From Candidatus Nomurabacteria bacterium (GTDB taxonomy: Bacteria; Patescibacteriota; Minisyncoccia; Phycocordibacterales; UBA9973): 36,211 nt of DNA. The position numbers were made by a program, and so were the translations under genes. Below, piece by piece: positions 30,641-36,211 of the stretch. Location: the NCBI GenBank assembly GCA_943354205.1, contig CALRBJ010000004.1, forward strand, positions 1-36,211, given 5' to 3'. How positions within the stretch are numbered: the stretch's first letter is position 1; every line of letters begins with the position of its first letter. The notes below the pieces were generated by a model. It was not told the DNA's origin. It made no database searches and worked only from the letters and a program-made list of their open reading frames with translations.

Positions 30641-32359
30641 ATGGATTTGAAAGAAGAAATAAAAAAGTTTTTTAAGGGAGATGTGGATGTTTCTCCGCAA
30701 GCATTGGAAAAATATTCGCACGATGCGAGCTTGTTTGAAGTACGGCCAAAGGTCGTGGTCTTTCCACGCGATGCAGAAGATATAAAAAATTTGGTGAAAT
30801 GGGTAAATGAAACTTCCCCTAGGGCGGACCTAGGGGAAGGTAAGCTCTCGATTACCGCTCGGGCGGCAGGCACTTGCATGGCTGGCGGACCGCTTGGCGA
30901 GTCGATTATTTTAGACACTACTCGCTACATGCACAAGATTTTGCATATAGAAAAATATAACAAAGAACATGTATACAAAATGCACCCAGCATTCGTGGGT
31001 GCCAGCGATATAAATATTTCCGGCGAGGCGACCGTTGAGCCTGGTTGTTTTTATCGAGATTTTGAAAAAGTCACGCTTGAACATGATTTGCTTTTGCCTT
31101 GCTATACCGCTTCCAAGAGCATAAACGCTGTCGGCGGTATGGTCGGCAACAATTCTGGTGGGGAGTTGACTTTAAAATACGGCAAAACTGAAGACTATGT
31201 GGCCGAATTGAAAGCAGTATTTTCCGACGGCAACGAATATACTATCCATCCACTCACTCGGCATGAACTCGATTTGAAAATGGCGCAAAATGATTTCGAA
31301 GGAGAAATATATAAAAATCTTTTTTCTCTTATTCAAAAAAATGAAGATGAAATAAAAAATGCTAAACCAAAGGTCACCAAAAATAGCGCCGGCTATACCC
31401 TTTGGAATGTGTGGGATGAAAAAACGCAAACTTTTGATTTGCCAAAGCTCATCGTCGGCTCCCAAGGCACACTAGCCATCACCACCCAAATCACTTTCCG
31501 ATTAGTTGAGCCCCTAAAAAATTCTGCGCTCTTTGTGATATTTATGTATAGCCTAGATTCGCTCGGGAATATCGTAAATGATGCACTCTCTGCGAGTCCA
31601 GAATCGATAGAGGCCTACGATGACAAAACTATAAAACTAGCCGTGCGGTTTTGGTATGGATTTATAAAAAAGAGGGGATTATGGGGCGCCATAAAGCTTG
31701 GTATTTCATTCCTACCCGAGCTTGGCATGATGTTTAAAGGCATGCCAAAATTGGTCATCCTTGTAAACTGCGCCGGACGTGATAAAGAGGAAGTAAAAAA
31801 TAAAATAGATTCGCTCGGTAAACTATTTCAAAAATATAAAAATATAAAAACCAGAAAAGTATTTAGCGCAGCCGAAGCCGACAAATATTGGACTATCCGC
31901 CGAGATTCTTTTGCGCTACTTCGCGAGCATTTTCAAAATAAAAGAACCGCGCCGTTTGTCGATGATGTGGTAGTGCCGGTATCGATGCTGCCAAAATTCT
32001 TGCCAAAGCTGACGGAAATATTAGACAGAAATAAACTCATCTACAATATGCACGGCCACGCCGCCTCGGGCAATTTCCACATCATCCCGCTCCTAACCGC
32101 CGGCGACTCTTTAAACAAAGAGCTAATTATGAAAGTTTCCGACGAAGTCTACACCCTCGTGCTCGATATGCACGGCTCCATCACCGCCGAGCACAACGAC
32201 GGCATCATCCGCACGCCATTCCTCCTACAAATGTATGGCCAAAAAATAATAGACATATTTGAGCAAATCAAGAACATTTTCGACCCCAAAAACATCTTCA
32301 ACCCAGGCAAAAAAGTCGGCGGCTCCAAAGAATACATAAAATCCCACCTGGCCCAATAG
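30641..32359 (+). CDS. FAD-linked oxidase (GlcD/D-lactate dehydrogenase-like)
   Basis: PCMH-type FAD-binding N-domain (VVFPRDAEDIKNLVKW..., ARAAGTCMAGG, GGMVGNNSGG). C-terminal HGSITAEHNDG and FDPKNIFNPGK. Confidence 0.88.
   Translation: MDLKEEIKKFFKGDVDVSPQALEKYSHDASLFEVRPKVVVFPRDAEDIKNLVKWVNETSPRADLGEGKLSITARAAGTCMAGGPLGESIILDTTRYMHKILHIEKYNKEHVYKMHPAFVGASDINISGEATVEPGCFYRDFEKVTLEHDLLLPCYTASKSINAVGGMVGNNSGGELTLKYGKTEDYVAELKAVFSDGNEYTIHPLTRHELDLKMAQNDFEGEIYKNLFSLIQKNEDEIKNAKPKVTKNSAGYTLWNVWDEKTQTFDLPKLIVGSQGTLAITTQITFRLVEPLKNSALFVIFMYSLDSLGNIVNDALSASPESIEAYDDKTIKLAVRFWYGFIKKRGLWGAIKLGISFLPELGMMFKGMPKLVILVNCAGRDKEEVKNKIDSLGKLFQKYKNIKTRKVFSAAEADKYWTIRRDSFALLREHFQNKRTAPFVDDVVVPVSMLPKFLPKLTEILDRNKLIYNMHGHAASGNFHIIPLLTAGDSLNKELIMKVSDEVYTLVLDMHGSITAEHNDGIIRTPFLLQMYGQKIIDIFEQIKNIFDPKNIFNPGKKVGGSKEYIKSHLAQ
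30816..30836. repeat. 8-bp-stem GC-rich hairpin (cccctagg-gcgga-cctagggg) in frame inside the FAD-oxidase gene
   Basis: Perfect stem. Encodes part of SPRADLGEG just before the conserved ARAAGT block. Confidence 0.75.
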
Positions 32360-32401
32360 TAGACTTTACTTTTTTCTTTTTTTGTATATACTAGTTCCTA
32401 C

Positions 32402-33058
32402 ATGTTTAAATTAACTGCAAAAAAGAGAGAGTCTGGCAAAGGACTCGAAAATCTAAAGGCGGAGGGAATGATTCCAGCTGTTTTTTATGGTTTTAAAAGA
32501 GAAACCACTCCTATCGCTGTATCTCTAAAAGACTTCCGCAAAATCTGGCGTGAAGCTGGCGAATCGAGCGCTATCGTGCTTGAAACAGAGGCTGGCCCGG
32601 TAGATGTGCTCATCCACGACATGCAAACCGACCCTATTTCTGATACTCCTATTCATGTAGACTTTTTGGCTATCGACATGACCAAGAAAATCACCGTGGC
32701 TGTCCCAGTAGAATTTGAAGGCGAGGCGCCAATCGTAAAGGGTGGTACCGTAACTTTGGTAAAAGTGCTTCACGAAGTAGAAGTGGAAGCTCTTCCAAAA
32801 GATTTACCTCACTCACTTTCTGTAGACGTTTCTGCTATGGATGCTCTCGATAGTCAGGTGTTGGTAAAAGACATCGAGCTTCCATCTGGAGTCACCCTCA
32901 TCACTGGAGCCGACGAAGTAGTCGCTTCTATCTCAGAACAAAAAGAAGAAGTGGAAGAAGTTGCCCCAGTATCAATCGCCGATATCGAACTCTCAGAAAA
33001 GAAAGGCAAGAAAGATGAAGAAGGTGGCGAAGCAGTAGCCGAAGAATCTAAGGAATAA
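32402..33058 (+). CDS. rplY: 50S ribosomal protein L25/general stress protein Ctc
   Basis: GMIPAVFYG, IHVDFL and an acidic C-terminal tail. Confidence 0.92.
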   Translation: MFKLTAKKRESGKGLENLKAEGMIPAVFYGFKRETTPIAVSLKDFRKIWREAGESSAIVLETEAGPVDVLIHDMQTDPISDTPIHVDFLAIDMTKKITVAVPVEFEGEAPIVKGGTVTLVKVLHEVEVEALPKDLPHSLSVDVSAMDALDSQVLVKDIELPSGVTLITGADEVVASISEQKEEVEEVAPVSIADIELSEKKGKKDEEGGEAVAEESKE

Positions 33059-33072
33059 GATATTAAAAAATT

Positions 33073-33081
33073 TGGTATAAT
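33073..33081 (+). promoter_or_regulatory. Extended -10 TGGTATAAT, 7 nt before ATG 33089
   Basis: tggtataat-taaaagc-ATG. Confidence 0.65.
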
Positions 33082-33088
33082 TAAAAGC

Positions 33089-34438
33089 ATGAAAAGAAAG
33101 ATTTTCATGCTTTTAATTTTGTGCCTGGCATTCGGGTCTTTTGCTATTTCTCCGAATAAATCATCCGCAGAAACCCCAGCTGAACAAAAAGCTGCCTTAG
33201 AGGCACAGCTCGCCCAACTCGAGCAAGAAATAGCCTCGAAGCAAGCAGATCTGGATGCTCAAAAAGGCCACTCTGCCAGCCTTTCAAATGAAATAGCTAG
33301 CTTGAAAACAAAAATAAATACCACAAAGGGTTTGATCAGCGCTACAAATCTAAAAATCGTAAAACTCTCCAGTCAGATCGCCGATAAAAATTCGGAAATA
33401 AAAGACCTGTCTTCCAAGCTCGACCACGAACTCGAATCGCTCTCGCAACTCTTGAAAAACACGAATGATTTAGACAATAGTAACTTTGTGGATTTATTGC
33501 TTTCTTCTGACACAGTCTCTGCTTTCTATGGCGACATCACTACATATTCTTCGATAAAAGAAGGGGTGAAAAAATCCGTGGATCAGATAAAAGGCGTAAA
33601 AACTAAAACCGAGACAGTAAAGCAAGAGCTTGTGGTGTCTAAAACCGCGCAAGAAGATGCCAAACAAAAATTGATCGCTGATCAAAAGAAGAAAGAAGCC
33701 GACGAGGCATACCAAAAACAACTCTTGTCTTTGAGTAAAGACAAGGAAAATCAATACCAGCAAATTTTAAACGATCGTCGCGCCAAAGCAGCTTCTATCC
33801 GCTCGGCGCTCTTTTCTCTGGCTGGTGGAGGCGTGGCGATACCTTTCGGTGATGCGTATAAATATGCGCTACAAGTAGAACAAAAGATCGGGGTGCGGCC
33901 TGCATTTCTGCTCGCCATTATTCAGCAAGAATCGAGCTTTGGTATCGACAATGGTTCGTGTTATGTCAGCGACATGGCCACCGGTTCCGGCACGGGGTCG
34001 AAAAGTGGTCGGACGATTTCAAATGTCATGTATCCCAAAGACATACCGATATTTATTTCTCTCATGAACAATCTAGGTCGCGACCCTTTCAAGACCTTGG
34101 TTTCTTGTCCGCAATCTTCCGGCTGGGGCGGAGCGATGGGGCCTGCGCAAATGCTCGCTTCCACATGGGCTCGTCTACAGCCTAGGATAGCCACATTGCT
34201 CTCTATAAGCACTCCAGACCCTTGGCGCCCGATAGATGCGTTCTTGGCTAGCGGTTTGTACCTGTACGATGCCGGAGCGCGTGGAGGAAGCTATACTTCC
34301 GAGCTAAATGCCGCCTGCCAATACTTTTCCGGGCGAAATTGCTCTAGGTCAAAGGCTGGGAGCTCGTATGGCAAATCTGTCATGGCCCGCGCGAGCAAAA
34401 TCCAAACCACTATGATCGACCCATTGCAAGGGGTTTAA
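33089..34438 (+). CDS. Secreted coiled-coil protein with a C-terminal MltB/SLT-type lytic transglycosylase domain
   Basis: Signal peptide. About 220 aa of heptad-like coiled coil. Then LLAIIQQESSFG (catalytic Glu motif) and GGAMGPAQMLASTW. Confidence 0.8.
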   Translation: MKRKIFMLLILCLAFGSFAISPNKSSAETPAEQKAALEAQLAQLEQEIASKQADLDAQKGHSASLSNEIASLKTKINTTKGLISATNLKIVKLSSQIADKNSEIKDLSSKLDHELESLSQLLKNTNDLDNSNFVDLLLSSDTVSAFYGDITTYSSIKEGVKKSVDQIKGVKTKTETVKQELVVSKTAQEDAKQKLIADQKKKEADEAYQKQLLSLSKDKENQYQQILNDRRAKAASIRSALFSLAGGGVAIPFGDAYKYALQVEQKIGVRPAFLLAIIQQESSFGIDNGSCYVSDMATGSGTGSKSGRTISNVMYPKDIPIFISLMNNLGRDPFKTLVSCPQSSGWGGAMGPAQMLASTWARLQPRIATLLSISTPDPWRPIDAFLASGLYLYDAGARGGSYTSELNAACQYFSGRNCSRSKAGSSYGKSVMARASKIQTTMIDPLQGV

Positions 34439-34443
34439 AGATG

Positions 34444-34452
34444 TGCTAATAT
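34444..34452 (+). promoter_or_regulatory. Extended -10 TGCTAATAT, 9 nt before the rpmE ATG
   Basis: tgctaatat-ctcctcact-ATG. Confidence 0.5.
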
Positions 34453-34461
34453 CTCCTCACT

Positions 34462-34683
34462 ATGAAGAAAGAAATCCACCCAGTATATTTTAGCGACTCG
34501 AAGGCTATCTGCGCATGCGGTAGCGCTTTTAAAGTCGGCTCTACTCTCGCTGACATCAGCGTTGAAATCTGCAGCCAATGCCACCCATTCTATACAGGCA
34601 AGGAAAACCTTCTCGACACTGCCGGACGCGTAGACAAATTCAAAAAGCGTATCGCTTCTGCCAAAGCCAAGAAGGCTAAGTAG
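34462..34683 (+). CDS. rpmE: 50S ribosomal protein L31 (Zn-ribbon type)
   Basis: MKKEIHP..., CxC...[11 protein letters not shown]. Confidence 0.93.
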   Translation: MKKEIHPVYFSDSKAICACGSAFKVGSTLADISVEICSQCHPFYTGKENLLDTAGRVDKFKKRIASAKAKKAK

Positions 34684-35661
34684 ATGTCTTTAATAGATAA
34701 ACTATCCGAATTAAAAAAGAATCACCAAACCTCGTATCTCGCGGAGAGTTATGAGAAACTTTTGCGTGAGGAAGAAGAAGTACGAAAGATGCTGGAGAGC
34801 GATGGCTCACTCCACGATATGGCTGCTGAAGAATTAGCGAATATTGAAACTCAAAAAGAGGGAATCGAAACACAAATAAAAAGCATCGAGGATAAAGAAA
34901 AAGAGCAAGAAGAATTTCCAAACGAAGTCGTGCTCGAAGTGCGCGCTGGCGCGGGGGGCGATGAGGCCTCGCTCTTTGCCTGGCAAATAGCTCACATGTA
35001 CGAGCGCTATGCCGAAGTGCAAAAATGGAATTGGAAAATAAACTACGAATCGACCAACGAAATCGGCGGATACAAAGAAGCCTCATTTGAAATAAAGGGC
35101 ACTGATGTGTACAAAAAACTTCGCTACGAAACAGGTGTGCACCGCGTGCAAAGAATTCCTGGCACTGAAAAAAATGGACGCATCCATACTTCGACTGCCT
35201 CTGTCGCCATCCTGCCAATCAAAAAGAAAAATACTTTTGTCATAAATCCAACTGATTTGGAAATGGAGTACTCGCGCTCGGGTGGAGCCGGCGGACAAAA
35301 TGTGAACAAGGTAGAAACCGCCGTACGCCTGATCCACAAACCGACTGGCCTCGATGTGCGCTGCACCAGCGAACGCTCTCAGCTGGCGAACCGTGAAAAA
35401 GCGATGCTTATTTTGACCGCCAAGATTCAACAAATGAAAGACGAAGAAGAAGCCAAGAAATATTCGGCTGATCGCAAGGGGCAAATCGGCACGGGGGATC
35501 GCAGCGAAAAAATCCGCACTTACAATTATCCTCAAGACCGCGTGACCGACCACCGCATAAAGCAGTCTTGGTCCAATATTCCTTCCATTATGGAGGGAAG
35601 GATAGACAAAATCATTGAAGCGCTAGAATCTGGAACTGTCGGCGATTCAGATGAAGAGTAG
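34684..35661 (+). CDS. prfA: Peptide chain release factor 1
   Basis: GGQ motif [20 protein letters not shown]1-type tripeptide P-x-T (RIPGTE). The ATG directly abuts the rpmE TAG. Confidence 0.95.
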   Translation: MSLIDKLSELKKNHQTSYLAESYEKLLREEEEVRKMLESDGSLHDMAAEELANIETQKEGIETQIKSIEDKEKEQEEFPNEVVLEVRAGAGGDEASLFAWQIAHMYERYAEVQKWNWKINYESTNEIGGYKEASFEIKGTDVYKKLRYETGVHRVQRIPGTEKNGRIHTSTASVAILPIKKKNTFVINPTDLEMEYSRSGGAGGQNVNKVETAVRLIHKPTGLDVRCTSERSQLANREKAMLILTAKIQQMKDEEEAKKYSADRKGQIGTGDRSEKIRTYNYPQDRVTDHRIKQSWSNIPSIMEGRIDKIIEALESGTVGDSDEE

Positions 35662-35690
35662 TTCGATACGAAACAAAGGGGAAAAGCTAC

Positions 35691-35719
35691 TTGCATTTTT
35701 GCATAAAGTATGCTATACT
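35691..35719 (+). promoter_or_regulatory. Promoter TTGCAT, 17-nt spacer (its last 3 nt, tgc, form an extended -10), TATACT, giving a 5' UTR of about 100 nt for the RRM gene
   Basis: -35 at 35691-35696. Extended -10 at 35711-35719. A hairpin at about 35790-35816 lies just upstream of the ATG. Confidence 0.6.
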
Positions 35720-35822
35720 ACCCCGCGTAGTAATAATAGCGTTTTTGTGTTTAAGCATTGCGCAGTTTGCTACTGTTAAAAGTAATTTTTGTGTACTTTT
35801 TATATAAAAGACACAGTAATCA

Positions 35823-36125
35823 ATGGCTAAAAAGCTATATGTTGGTGGTTTGCCTTACAGCACTACTGACACTGAGTTGAAGTCACACTTCGCTCAAGCT
35901 GGTTCAGTAGAATCAGCAACCATTATCATGGACAAGATGTCTGGCCGATCCAAAGGTTTTGGATTCGTAGAGATGTCTAATGATGAGGAAGCACAAAACG
36001 CTATCTCTATGTTCAACGGAAAGGATTTCGGTGGCCGTAATCTTACAGTCAACGAAGCTCGCCCTATGGAAGCTCGCGCTCCACGTGAAGGAGGAAACTT
36101 CTCTCGCGGTCGCAGAGAGTTCTAA
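35823..36125 (+). CDS. RRM-domain RNA-binding protein
   Basis: RNP2 LYVGGL and RNP1 KGFGFVEM. Arg/Gly-rich tail. Confidence 0.9.
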   Translation: MAKKLYVGGLPYSTTDTELKSHFAQAGSVESATIIMDKMSGRSKGFGFVEMSNDEEAQNAISMFNGKDFGGRNLTVNEARPMEARAPREGGNFSRGRREF

Positions 36126-36137
36126 TATTGAACTAAC

Positions 36138-36166
36138 AAAAAATCCCGCCTTGGCGGGATTTTTTG
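36138..36166 (+). terminator. Rho-independent terminator
   Basis: aaaaaatcccgc-cttg-gcgggatttttt. Confidence 0.85.
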
Positions 36167-36211
36167 TTTTGTGTCTCTATTGTACCAAGCTCGAACAATT
36201 TTTCAAAACAA

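Noticed and set aside
34676-35553. 180-aa and 156-aa ORFs antisense to prfA
   Set aside because: They lie antisense to a conserved RF1 gene, are Arg/Phe-rich with low complexity, and have no promoter or start signal. They are artefacts of stop-codon-poor antisense frames.
1-36211. CRISPR arrays, rRNA genes, IS elements/transposases, integrases, toxin-antitoxin pairs
   Set aside because: I saw no spaced direct repeats, rRNA-like segments or transposase/integrase-like ORFs on either strand.

Overview
This is a gene-dense, AT-rich chromosomal segment with 41 supportable protein genes and one tRNA-Glu(CUC). I found no rRNA, CRISPR array, transposase or integrase. Most of the content is housekeeping. 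It includes chaperones (dnaK, truncated at the window start, and dnaJ) and translation genes (cysS, gatB, obg, prfA, rplU, rplY, rpmE). There is a compact sugar-phosphate block: gap, rpiB, an rpe-like gene, a split transketolase, a PfkB kinase and a class II aldolase. DNA-metabolism genes are a PIF1-like helicase, rmuC and a DEDDh exonuclease. Small nucleic-acid-binding proteins carry SWIB, cold-shock and RRM domains. The split transketolase, small gene sizes, lack of Shine-Dalgarno sequences and large surface proteins suggest a reduced Patescibacteria/CPR-like genome, but that is inference only.

Five signals are not explained by ordinary annotation:
1. GC-rich palindromic modules sit in frame inside housekeeping genes. 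One 40-nt module is present nearly identically in two unrelated genes.
2. None of the 41 stop codons is TGA. A single in-frame TGA lies eight codons into a DoxX-family gene whose ATG is pinned by a promoter, and an RF1 gene is in the window.
3. A rigid promoter grammar places an extended -10 (TGnTAnAAT) 6-7 nt before the start codon, which implies widespread leaderless mRNAs.
4. A 1013-aa cell-anchored protein combines a beta-helix with an LCAT-type lipase domain.
5. An orphan GC-rich structured region of about 160 bp lies upstream of the rplU promoter.

An AT-rich two-gene islet also abuts the tRNA-Glu gene. All functional calls come from motif recognition by eye; no database search was possible.
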